The notes beneath the pieces were generated by a model, which saw nothing but the letters and a program-made list of their open reading frames with translations, was not told the DNA's origin and did no database searches. A stretch of 64,000 bases of DNA from a virus. The stretch lies in the IMG/VR virus record IMGVR_UViG_3300043620_000042. The stretch is one strand, 5' to 3'. Of the stretch, positions 1 through 9,600 are shown piece by piece; position 1 is the first letter of the stretch; each line of letters starts with the position of its first letter. The translations under genes were made by a program, and so were the position numbers.

Positions 1-758
1 TTGTCCTTAAGGATTTTGGGCAGTTGGCGAACGGTCGCCAATGGGTCTATTCTCTTGTCGAATATCCATTTGGCGAAGTCGGACATCTCGAAACCGTTCT
101 GGGCAAGCGCCGTCTTAACGTTGTTTTTTTGGAGTTCCACGAAACCGCTGAAGCGGCGTGGATCGAAATCACCCTCGGACGGACAGAGTGGGCGGTAATG
201 GGCTTCCATGTCGGCGTATGCGTCAATGCTTTCCATCACGGCCTTTTGGCTGCCGCCGCAGAAATCCACGAGCGTGGAAAAGGGCAGCTTTTCGCTATTC
301 CTGAGGTACGTTAGGTACTTGGCTTTGGAGTACGGGTCCCATTGGCGCGGACCGACGAGGTGTGCCTGGAGCCGTATCGCCTCGATGGCGGCGGCGTCCA
401 GGTTGGTGTAAACAATGGCGGGGATTTTATCCCATGAACCTGCTACCTTTTCGTCGAGGAAAGACTTGTACAGACACACCCGAGTGTTGCCCTCGATGCA
501 GATTTTCTTACCTTCCGGCAGCGTGTTGAGGATAACTGGCTGAATTATGCCGCCATTGGTCAGGATCGAGCTCTTGAGCGTACTGAATTTGGTTCCCCCC
601 TGGTTCTCCTTGTCGTCCACTCCCGCGCCGAGTGCTTGGTGGATCTGCGCGGGGGTTGGCTTGCCTTCATACATTTCAAGCCACATCGCGATCCTCGGAT
701 TCGAGGTATCAAGGGTGATCTGATTTACCGGGACGAGTTGGTGGGTGCCTGTTTGCAT
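1..758 (-). CDS. ParB/Sulfiredoxin-like domain protein, runs off window start (missed by ORF track)
   Basis: Manual translation from ATG at 758: MQTGTHQLVPVNQITLDTSNPRIAMW...LKSSILTNGGIIQPVILN...IEGNTRVCLY...AIRLQAHLVGPRQWDPYSKAKYL; open to position 1. ParB-like NPR / I.P..V / EGN.R motifs; clear paralogue of 62852..63868. Confidence 0.8.
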   Translation of the reverse strand, partial: MQTGTHQLVPVNQITLDTSNPRIAMWLEMYEGKPTPAQIHQALGAGVDDKENQGGTKFSTLKSSILTNGGIIQPVILNTLPEGKKICIEGNTRVCLYKSFLDEKVAGSWDKIPAIVYTNLDAAAIEAIRLQAHLVGPRQWDPYSKAKYLTYLRNSEKLPFSTLVDFCGGSQKAVMESIDAYADMEAHYRPLCPSEGDFDPRRFSGFVELQKNNVKTALAQNGFEMSDFAKWIFDKRIDPLATVRQLPKILKD

Positions 759-832
759 TGTGTGTTAGGTGCGCTGGGGCGCTTGGGGGGGCAAGAGACG
801 TGGCGTATCGCATATGGTGCTTCCTATGAAGC

Positions 833-2230
833 TTAGGCTTTCGGACGGGGTGGTGAGGCGGCGGGCCCCTTTTGCGCCTCGCGAAGGAGGAGTGAGAGGA
901 GCGCGGAGTAGGTAGCCGTGCCATTGCCGAGAATTTTGCGGAATTCGGTGCGATGTCTTTGGCTGAGCTTTCGTGGGCCGTTTTTGGCTATGAACGTCCT
1001 CGCTTTCGGCCAGTCGACGGTATGCCCGTTCAACTGCTGGGCGACTGTTTCCCTGCGTTTGCGGGCCCGTTCTGCCGAGCGCTCGCGGCAGGTTCTCGCT
1101 ATTTTTCTTGCGGATGGGCAGAGGTGGGTAACTAGATTGGAATAGTGGACGTTCTGCTCGAAGTCATCCCGCCGCCCGTTCGGGATTAGTTTTGGTGAGA
1201 GCACGTGGCACTCCCCGATTGTCCAGGCGTTGAAGCGTGGTTCAGGGAATAGTTGGTCCATGAGCCGTGCACTGCCGATTTGCATGTTTCCAGAACGCAC
1301 TCGAAGGCCTTCCATTCCGTAGCGTTCCGGGATGGCTCCCAAGTATTCGCCATGCAAAAACCACCCGACCGCATCTGTTTCGCCGGAAAGTCCCTTGATC
1401 TCGACGTACTCTACGTCTGTGAATTTGGACGTAGCTTTGGGCTTCGGTGTGTATGAGTCTTGGTACGGCCGGAATACGGCGATGCCGTTTAGGGTTAGGT
1501 TATAGGCGCTGCCCGCCCTGTGCTTAGCGAGGAACTGTTGGATTTCTGCGCCGAATGAAAAGGACGGGCAGAAAGGGACCGGGGCGACCTGTGCGAGATA
1601 GTGCCGAATCGACGTTTCGCTCATGAGCGAATCAGTTTTATTTCGCACAACCTGACGCATTTCAATTTCGAAAAAGTGATTTGGGTAGCTTTTCGCCGGC
1701 GATGAGGAAAGCTCGACAACCTGTTCCAAAATCTCCTGAACAGTGAGATCGGCCGGATCCCGAAGCAACTCTTTCAGTCTCTTGCAATCCCAGTGCATGC
1801 ACGAGGCTTCCGAGTCGTCTGAGTGTTTAGAACGCATTGTCAGCGTCTGGCAATAGCCGAGCCCGGCCAGCCGTCCGATTCCGCGGAAGCCCCGTGCTGC
1901 CGTGCCGCGCTTCTTGCTGGCACCTATCGCGGTGAGGGTATTTGCAAATGATAATCGGCGTATGCCAACGCCGTAATCCCGGATCGTGATAGATCTCTCG
2001 GCTTCTGCTGCGTTGGTCTTTATATCTATTGGCGAGACCGACATAGGCGTCCGGAGGCCGGCGGCTGTTGCTTGATCGAGGGAGTCGGCTGCGTTCTGAA
2101 CGTACTCCCGGTAGATTGACAGCGGTTCGGTGTACATTCCACTGCTGAGCAGTTCCAAGGTGTCCTTACCAATTGTGACTGGCCCATTGAATCTGATACG
2201 GGCCGGTTGTGTTTGCGTGTTTGTTGACAT
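833..2230 (-). CDS. GHKL (HSP90/MORC-like) ATPase
   Basis: Bergerat motifs: YREYVQNAADS (ExxxNxxD), IRDYGVGI (DxGxG), GFRGIGRL (GxxGxG). Confidence 0.85.
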   Translation of the reverse strand: MSTNTQTQPARIRFNGPVTIGKDTLELLSSGMYTEPLSIYREYVQNAADSLDQATAAGLRTPMSVSPIDIKTNAAEAERSITIRDYGVGIRRLSFANTLTAIGASKKRGTAARGFRGIGRLAGLGYCQTLTMRSKHSDDSEASCMHWDCKRLKELLRDPADLTVQEILEQVVELSSSPAKSYPNHFFEIEMRQVVRNKTDSLMSETSIRHYLAQVAPVPFCPSFSFGAEIQQFLAKHRAGSAYNLTLNGIAVFRPYQDSYTPKPKATSKFTDVEYVEIKGLSGETDAVGWFLHGEYLGAIPERYGMEGLRVRSGNMQIGSARLMDQLFPEPRFNAWTIGECHVLSPKLIPNGRRDDFEQNVHYSNLVTHLCPSARKIARTCRERSAERARKRRETVAQQLNGHTVDWPKARTFIAKNGPRKLSQRHRTEFRKILGNGTATYSALLSLLLREAQKGPAASPPRPKA

Positions 2231-2232
2231 TA

Positions 2233-3831
2233 TCAGGCCTTTTCTAAGACGGCATCGATGTCGAGGTCCGCATCCTCGACTCGTTTCTCGTCAGGGACCA
2301 GAACCGGCTCGGGTGGTTTGTTTTGACGCAGCTCGCCTTGCTTCCGCCAGATTTCGGATTCTTGATCCTTTTCGAGTGGCTCGTAAAAGCGGAATATCCG
2401 GCGCACGTTGGAGTTAGTTATTGCTGCTTTTGCCGATTTGTAGCTTGTGTTCTTATCGAATTGCGCCAAGGCATTTAGGAGGTCATCGCGGTCGCCGTTC
2501 GAGAGCCGTGAAAAGTCGGAGGAGTATTCCTCCAGCTCTGCGCGTCCTTCGAGTTCCTCGAACCAGTCCCGGTTGAAAATGAATTTGTGCGGTTTGGAAA
2601 GCAGTCGGATGAACTCGTCCGAGGTGCTCCCGAAGGCGCGACGGAAAAACGAGGGGGCACCGCTAACAATTCCGTGCGTAGCGTGCAGTATGAGCTGAAG
2701 AGAGCGCAGGTAGTACTTGTTCCACTTCGGGCCGACGTGTGACCGGTCCTTCATATTAGTGGGCTGGTAACGCATTGGGAACGAGAATATCCGGATTCCG
2801 AGCTCTTCATTGAGTTGAATATTAAGCCACATCCGCTGGTATAAGTCCTCCGGAGTATCCTTGAAGTTGTACAGCATGTAGTTCGACAGACTGTTGAGTT
2901 CGACGTCGTGCGCGTACCTCACGGATGTCTCGTACTGGCCTTTAAATCCCCAGTGGTCGAATGCAATCCGCAATGGGTCTGTGCAGATGCTGGCCAACTC
3001 CCTGAGAAACATAGGGCTTTTACACAGAATCCGCGCGTCGACGCCCTGATTGAAATCGACCCTTCGTTGCACTGGGGCCCGCCCGTTGTTCCGGTCCAAC
3101 TTCGCACCCTTTTGGAAGCCCAAATCGCGAATTTCCGCGATTATCTCCTTAAACCTGGGCGAGGCGACGACATTGTTATCCATCAGAATCAAGTCCTTTT
3201 TCGGACCGTACAGCTCTTTGATTCCGTTTACGATCTTTGACAGCGACGGTGTGTCGTACAGGTCGCCTTCCAGTTTTGGCACGCCACAAAAGCTGCACTT
3301 TCGGACGCAGCCACGGGAGGCGTATGCGAAATAGGCGTCATGCACCGCATAGTTATATTCTATTTGGCCGAGAATTGAATAATCGGGTATCTGGTCCTCG
3401 ATGGGCATTCCGTTCGCATCTTCAGAGTAGAGTTCCTCTTCAAAAGAGTTTAATTGCAACGACGGCCCGGGAGGTGTGTTTAACAGGCCTTTTACGAAGC
3501 GGATACCAGCCCATCTCGGTTCCTGAAGGAATGCCTCGTGCATGAGTGAAGCGGCGATGCCTCCGACGAAAACATTGCGCGCGTACGAGTGGGCGGCACA
3601 TAGCGCGAAATCAATGGCCTCCGAAATCTTTTTCCACTCGAAGGAGAAGAGCGTGGTCACGTAGATTCTGTCCCATGGCTTTTCCAAAACTCTCTTGTCG
3701 AGTCCTTTGATGAAGGTCACATTGTCGCGTTTTCCATTTGGGCCGTGATACTGAGCAATTTTCATCAAACCGAGTGGAGGATACTTATTCTTGTACCCGG
3801 GTTCGATCAGCAGTATGTTTTTATTGGCCAT
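2233..3831 (-). CDS. Radical SAM enzyme with N-terminal cobalamin-binding-like domain
   Basis: CxxxCxxC in SRGCVRKCSFCGVP; N-terminal YPPLGLMK...VFVGGIAAS typical of B12-binding radical SAM proteins; MDNN and DFNQGVDAR motifs; 2 bp from the GHKL gene. Confidence 0.85.
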   Translation of the reverse strand: MANKNILLIEPGYKNKYPPLGLMKIAQYHGPNGKRDNVTFIKGLDKRVLEKPWDRIYVTTLFSFEWKKISEAIDFALCAAHSYARNVFVGGIAASLMHEAFLQEPRWAGIRFVKGLLNTPPGPSLQLNSFEEELYSEDANGMPIEDQIPDYSILGQIEYNYAVHDAYFAYASRGCVRKCSFCGVPKLEGDLYDTPSLSKIVNGIKELYGPKKDLILMDNNVVASPRFKEIIAEIRDLGFQKGAKLDRNNGRAPVQRRVDFNQGVDARILCKSPMFLRELASICTDPLRIAFDHWGFKGQYETSVRYAHDVELNSLSNYMLYNFKDTPEDLYQRMWLNIQLNEELGIRIFSFPMRYQPTNMKDRSHVGPKWNKYYLRSLQLILHATHGIVSGAPSFFRRAFGSTSDEFIRLLSKPHKFIFNRDWFEELEGRAELEEYSSDFSRLSNGDRDDLLNALAQFDKNTSYKSAKAAITNSNVRRIFRFYEPLEKDQESEIWRKQGELRQNKPPEPVLVPDEKRVEDADLDIDAVLEKA

Positions 3832-4159
3832 GGGTTGGGATCCGACTGGCTGGACGGTTTAGCACCTAGGGGCGACGGCGTGAGAGAAGGAGGTTGCAGT
3901 TCGTATTAGTGCCTGGCGACCAAGCACTTAAACCGTCCCCAATTGGCAATTCGTTTCATAGGTCCTCTCAGGTTACTGTTTCGAGCTTCATAGTTCGAAA
4001 AACTTGACTTTTCGTCAATGACTGTTTTGGGGCCTGTTCTTGAGTCGGCCGCGATTTGAAGAGGCAGGCTTAGGGGTCTGCAGAGAAAACGGGCGAGAGG
4101 CACAGAGCACCTCACCGGTGATCGCCGCAGAACGACACCGACAACTCGTTATGAGTATG

Positions 4160-4369
4160 TCAGAACTCGTCGGTGAAGAAGTCGCGGAGGGCGGATTCGA
4201 GTTTGCCGGCGTCGGTCTCCATCATCTCGAGGTCGCGATTCCAGATCAGGAATTTGTCGCCGCAGACGCGCCTGATCAGAAATTCACCGATTTGGAATTC
4301 GTCGCCGATGGGGCGAACGAACGGGAGTTGGGGTTGTGTTCCGGCCAGGGGTTCAAGGTTGCTAATCAT
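4160..4369 (-). CDS. Small hypothetical protein (69 aa, MISNLEPL...FFTDEF)
   Basis: ATG at 4369, protein-like composition, divergent from the WYL gene. Confidence 0.45.
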   Translation of the reverse strand: MISNLEPLAGTQPQLPFVRPIGDEFQIGEFLIRRVCGDKFLIWNRDLEMMETDAGKLESALRDFFTDEF

Positions 4370-4408
4370 AGTGTGATTTAATTTTTCGTACAGTTTACAA
4401 GGAGGGGG

Positions 4409-4483
4409 GTGACAAATTTGGACACCCCTCCTCACTTTTTTGACTTTTTTTGGGCGAGTTTTGGAGGTGACAACGGCTGGCAC
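4409..4483. promoter_or_regulatory. Two 17-bp operator-like palindromes (GTG-x-CA-N5-TG-x-CAC type)
   Basis: GTGACA-AATTT-GGACAC at 4409-4425 and GTGACA-ACGGC-TGGCAC at 4467-4483, between divergent genes and just upstream of the WYL gene. Confidence 0.55.
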
Positions 4484-4504
4484 CCTTCGATAGCATGCGC
4501 GGCT

Positions 4505-5587
4505 ATGAGCAAAGCGAAGAGGGCGGAGCGCAGAAAACCTCACGCAAAGAAGAAAGGCAAGACCGGCCGGAATGGTGAGGCGGATTTGTGGGCGAGTGGG
4601 CCGGGCCGGGCCGGGATGGCAAGGTTGGAGGCGATTCGGGCGCTGATTTCGGAGTGGAAGTATCCGAATTCGCACACGATTGCCCGGGACTTGGAGTGGA
4701 GTGTCAGAACGGTGAAGCGGGACTTGGCGTTAATGCAGAATCGGTTAAACCTGCCGATGGAGTTCGACCAGGCGAAGAACGGTTGGTATTTCACAAAGCC
4801 GGTACCGTTCTTCCCGAGCATTCCGCTAACTGAGAGGGAGGTCGTGGGTTTGTTTGTGTTTCAAAAGTCAATCGCGCAGTACAAGGGCACGGCACTGGAG
4901 CCGGTGTTGGAGGGCGCATTTCGGAAAATGACGGCGGGGCTGGACGATGCCGTAAAGTATTCGCTGGGCGATTTGGATGAAGTCGTTTCCATCCGGCCAC
5001 TCGCGCCGGGCGATGCGGACATGGAGAAGTTTCAATTGTTCACGCGGGCGATCCGGGAGAAGCGGGTTGTCCGGTTTGTTTATCGGAAGCACGGGAAGGT
5101 GACGACCGGCGTTAAGGTTGTGCATCCGCAACATGTCGCGTATGTGAATAATCTTTGGACCTTGTTTGCGTTCGATCCAAAGGTGCTACCCGCACGGGGC
5201 AATGTGGTGCGGAAGTTTGTGTTCTTCCGGGTGACCGGGCTGGAATTGACTGGCGAGAAGTTCGCCGTCTCAACGCGGTTGGACTTAAACAAGGAACTGG
5301 AGGGGAGCATGGGTGTGTTCAAGGGGACGGAGAAGCATGAGGTCATCATTGAGTTCGATGCGTGGGGAGCGGACGATGTGCGCGGGCGAAAGTGGCATGC
5401 CAGCCAGGAGTTGAAAGATCGGCCGGATTGCAGCCTCGTCGTTACGATGCAGTTGAATAACCTGGAGGAGGTCGAGAAATGGGTGCTCAGTTTCGGCGAA
5501 CATGCGAACGTGATTGAGCCGCAGGCGCTGCGGGATCGGGTAGAGAAAACCGCAAAGGCTATCCACGTGAAATATTCGGGCCGTTAG
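4505..5587 (+). CDS. HTH-WYL-WCX transcriptional regulator (PafC/DriD/BrxR-like)
   Basis: wHTH (TIARDLEWSVRTVKRDLALM), WYL-like core (RFVYRK...VHPQHVAYVNNLWTLFAFD...RKFVFFRV), C-terminal WVLSFGEHANVIEPQALR. Start set at ATG 4505. Confidence 0.9.
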   Translation: MSKAKRAERRKPHAKKKGKTGRNGEADLWASGPGRAGMARLEAIRALISEWKYPNSHTIARDLEWSVRTVKRDLALMQNRLNLPMEFDQAKNGWYFTKPVPFFPSIPLTEREVVGLFVFQKSIAQYKGTALEPVLEGAFRKMTAGLDDAVKYSLGDLDEVVSIRPLAPGDADMEKFQLFTRAIREKRVVRFVYRKHGKVTTGVKVVHPQHVAYVNNLWTLFAFDPKVLPARGNVVRKFVFFRVTGLELTGEKFAVSTRLDLNKELEGSMGVFKGTEKHEVIIEFDAWGADDVRGRKWHASQELKDRPDCSLVVTMQLNNLEEVEKWVLSFGEHANVIEPQALRDRVEKTAKAIHVKYSGR

Positions 5588-5669
5588 AGTGGAGGAGGTT
5601 TTCGCACCGGTGGCTCTTTCGACAGATCATTTCGCGCCCCATTGTGCTGTTTTCATATCTCGACATTGT

Positions 5670-5686
5670 CGCCTCAATAGGGCGTG
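5670..5686. promoter_or_regulatory. Operator-like site overlapping the XRE start
   Basis: CGCCTCAATAGGGCGTG matches 15/17 positions of the perfect palindrome at 6116-6134. Confidence 0.4.
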
Positions 5687-5914
5687 TCCTTAGAACGCCT
5701 GCGTGTCCAACAACTAAAGACCTTTGGTCAAAACCTTCGCCGAGAGCGAGTGCGGCAGGGGCTTACGCAGGAACGCCTTTCGGAAATGGTCGGCTTGCAT
5801 CCTCGCACCATTCAGAAGATCGAAGCCGGGTCTGTGAACATTCTTCTTACCACAGTCATTCGCATTCAGCGGACGCTGCGGTGTTCCTGGGAAACCCTCA
5901 TGGGAAAGCCTTGA
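5684..5914 (+). CDS. XRE-family HTH regulator (controller C-protein-like)
   Basis: FGQNLRRERVRQGLTQERLSEMVGLHPRTIQKIEAGSVNILLTTV is a canonical HTH_3 pattern. Confidence 0.85.
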   Translation: MSLERLRVQQLKTFGQNLRRERVRQGLTQERLSEMVGLHPRTIQKIEAGSVNILLTTVIRIQRTLRCSWETLMGKP

Positions 5915-6115
5915 AAATGCGCGGCAGGAAAAAAATCTGAAAATAATGTTTGTCATGCGGCGGGCATGATTGGTAAAAGAGTCAGTGGAAAGAAGATTGG
6001 CGTGAGCGAAGTGGGGGATTAAGGGAACCGGAAGGAATCATCCGGTTGAAAGTCACAAATAGGACTTAACTCATCGCATGTGGGGCTAACAGCAATTGTA
6101 AGCTGTTGGCCTTGT

Positions 6116-6134
6116 CACGCCCTAATAGGGCGTG
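6116..6134. promoter_or_regulatory. Perfect palindrome CACGCCCTA-A-TAGGGCGTG upstream of the RHS1 operon
   Basis: 9-bp perfect inverted repeat 50 bp upstream of ATG 6184. Confidence 0.5.
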
Positions 6135-6183
6135 CTACAATCGAAAAAACGATTGGATACACGACGAATCCAAACTGACTACT

Positions 6184-6609
6184 ATGAAATCTCAGACGAA
6201 GAAGATCGCCTTAGTAAGCGCCTGTGCAGGAGTGTTTACTTTCGCCGCTATTCTGGCAACCGGCCAGTCGGTACCTCAGCCTTTCATCACAATTGCGCCG
6301 ACCAACGGCACCCAATTTCAGATCACAATTACAAACGCCGTGGCGTCCACGAATTATGAGATTTATCGGACGCCGCTGCTGGCCGACACAAATTTTCCCT
6401 GGACCCTCCACATGATTGGGAATGTTGGGCAGAGCAATTTCGTAGTTGATACGGAAGTCTTCGGAACAAGTTTCTTTCGCGCCGGAATCGGTTCCGATTG
6501 GGATCTTGACGGAGTTTTCAACGACCGCGACGCAAATCCTACTGACCCGACGATCGGTATTTTGAGCATCACAATAGACAGTCCGACAAATGGGAGCACG
6601 ATAAACTAG
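6184..6609 (+). CDS. Secreted protein with Asp-rich Ca-binding-like motif (RHS1 partner)
   Basis: Signal peptide MKSQTKKIALVSACAGVFTFAAILATG; DWDLDGVFNDRDANPTD; C-terminal LSITIDSPTNGSTIN. Confidence 0.7.
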   Translation: MKSQTKKIALVSACAGVFTFAAILATGQSVPQPFITIAPTNGTQFQITITNAVASTNYEIYRTPLLADTNFPWTLHMIGNVGQSNFVVDTEVFGTSFFRAGIGSDWDLDGVFNDRDANPTDPTIGILSITIDSPTNGSTIN

Positions 6610-6637
6610 CAATCTAACCAACTAAACTTTTACAGCC

Positions 6638-9600
6638 ATGCAAAGAAAACCACCTGTTTGGTGGCCGGGGATGTTTTGTCTCTGGTCAAAGGCCCTCACA
6701 CTGATTTTTCTCTTCGTTGCCTCAGTGCCGCTCGCTTCACGAGGCGAAGGAACCGTCACTGTCTGCACCGAGTCCAATTTGAACGATGCCTTGGAAGGGG
6801 GCGGTCTTGTCACTATTGCGTGCGATGGAACGATTACGATCACGAGCACGAAAGATACTGTTAACTACGGCGATACGATAATCGATGCGAGCGGTCACAA
6901 TGTCACGATTAGCGGTGGAAGCAACGTTCGGCTGTTCAACGTCTACGATGGGACGAGTCTCACGCTTGTGAACCTGACGCTTGCGAACGGATTAGGTGAC
7001 AATGGTGGCGCCGTTGTAAATAACGGCACACTGAACATGAATTACTGCACCGTTATCAAGAATAAGGCAGTAGGTAGCAATGGCGGCAATGGCGCCAACG
7101 GCAGCGACAGTAGTTCGGGTGACGGAGGTAACGGACAGGTTGGCACAGAGGGTGCAAGTGCTTATGGTGGAGGCATCTACAATCTTGGAACTGCCGGATT
7201 CAATGTTTGTTACTTTGTGAGCAACACGGTAACAGGGGGCACAGGTGGCAACGGGGGCAACGGCGGGAATACGACCGCTAGCTTCGCCCACGGCGGAAAC
7301 GGAGGAATTGGAAAACCTGGAGGAGATGCGCTGGGCGGAGCTATTTTCAGCACCAACGCCGTCTTTATTACCAATTGTTACTTTTACTCTAACACAGTTA
7401 CCGGAGGAAATGGTGGAAGCGGCGGCAGCGGCGGCACTGGGCCCACTGCTGGATTGGCCGCGGACGGAGGAGCTGGCGGCCAAGGCTCAGGAGCGGGTCT
7501 TTACGCAGGCAGTAATTCAGTAGTGATTGCCTCGACCTTTTACGAGAACAGCGGCAAAGGCGGCGATGGTAAGGCGGGTGGAACCGATGGGACCGGCGAA
7601 GGAAATAATGGAAAGCTTGGCGGGGCCAGTGTCGGGATCGGCATTTACAATGTTGGCACGAACGTCACGCTTAACTCTACATTCTATCTCAACTCTGCCA
7701 AAGGCGGCAACGGCGGCAACGGTGGAACTGCCACACGCAATCTAGGAACCGGTGGCGATGGCGGAACTGGCGGTAAAGCTCAGGGTAGCGGCTTATATAA
7801 CGACGGAAAGAGTTCGGTCACCAACTGCACTCTTTCAGTGGGCAGTGTAATTGGTGGAGTAGGGGGGGCGGCTGGAACCGGACCTTTCAACGGAGCGAAC
7901 GGCGGCCGAGGAAATACGAATGGCGCGAACATGTTCAATACTGCGGGATCACCATTCATCCTGGAAAACTCGATTATTGGGGCTAAGAGTGCCGGCGCCA
8001 ATGCCGCTTCGGGGCCAGTAACGGACGCTGGCCACAATATCTGTTTCGACACCTACACCGCGCTTTCAAATCCGACCAGTAGAGACAATACAGATCCAAA
8101 GATTGCCGCTTTGGCCAATAACGGCGGATACACGCCAACTTGTGCTCTCCTATCCGGTAGTCCTGCAATTGATTATGGCGATCCGATTGGAACGCCGCGC
8201 AAAGATCAGCGCGGCCTGTATCGGACATACTACCCTGATGTTGGTGCATACGAAACCAACGCTGATACGGTGGGCTATCTCTTCGTCAACATACAGGCCA
8301 CTGACGCTTATGCGGGCGAAAAGGGGACCAATACTGGAACTTTCCAGATTACCCGAGTTGGCAATCCCAACCTGTCAATCAAAGTTGGATTGGATATCAC
8401 GGGCACTGCCAGTAATGGCGTGGACTATGCGACCCTGCCGACGAATGTGCTGATGGCTGCAGGTGTAATGCAGACCAACCTGACTGTCACACCACTGGGT
8501 AACGCTGGCTTGGAACTCGCTGAATCAGTGGTGGTCGGCCTCAAATCCGGAACGAATTACTTGCCGGGCTTGTACACCAACGCAGTGGTAACGATTGGGG
8601 TGGATTCCAATTACGTGAGAACGGCCTACCCAACGGGAGAACGTTATGTGCGCGGCGCGGGTACGAACATGTCCAACTACACGATCATCGTTCCGCTGGA
8701 TGGGCTGAAAGGGACACCGCATACCGCCTTGGATACAAATTCGCCTCCAATTTTCTATCAATACAATGGAGCGAATGGCGGAACACAGTCCACAACCAAC
8801 AACCGCATTCCCTGCAACACGACAGTTGCCTCATTTGGAAGCGGATGGGGGACAACTTGGTACATTGGCCAGTCCTACTCGTTAGGCGTCCAGATTGCGA
8901 ACGTTGCCCAGACGCCGATTTACATAGCCGTCTTCTCAAAAGCGTTCGGAACGAATATGGGCACGATCGCTGTGAATCTGCCCAATGGTTCCGATTGGGT
9001 CGATTTCGCGACGAATGGATTTTCCCGCACAACGACTGCTTACGGGCTGACGACGACGATCCGGGTCGCGCCGGACAGTCTTTGGGGTGGAAGTGGCGGT
9101 TATGCAATTACTCACGTCGCAAGCGCAGACGCAATCAATTATAGCTATCTGGTTCTTGCCGAGGGATTTTTCAACGGGCAGGCGGCATGGCTTGATTCTA
9201 CGAACGGTGCTACGTTCGCTAGTCTTTACGACTTCGCATTTGACGCGCGGCCGGTGTGGCGCTCGACCTTTCTCGACCAGCCGCACTTTCAGGGACAGCC
9301 ATTGCCACCGGATCTCTTCAACAAAACGCCACAGGAGTTGCTGAATTACGGAGCCGCCGTGACGAACGCCGTGTCGCTGACGCCATCAACCTGCACGAAC
9401 ATAGACCAAAGTCCGGAACTCAGGCGGCATCCAATCCTTGACCAGTTTGTGTCTGACCTGAACAAGGATCCAGTTGCGCTGGCTAACTACGTCCAGAATG
9501 AAATTGAGTTGAGCGATCCGATTGGGTTCCGCGACGATGCGCAGCTCCAAAATGAGTCGGTTAATCTGGGTGGCGTGAATCGCAGCGCGCTGGCCGTTTA

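Noticed and set aside
1-3831. Assignment to Mza, Dnd/Ssp, BREX, Wadjet or chromosomal parAB
   Set aside because: Signature partners (Z1/AIPR, DndC/D, PglZ, SMC/JetD, ParA) are absent from the visible part; genes beyond the window edge cannot be excluded.
7050-7950. PE-PGRS (mycobacterial) assignment of Gly-rich repeats
   Set aside because: No PE domain; the repeats alternate with beta-helix-like rungs in a secreted protein.
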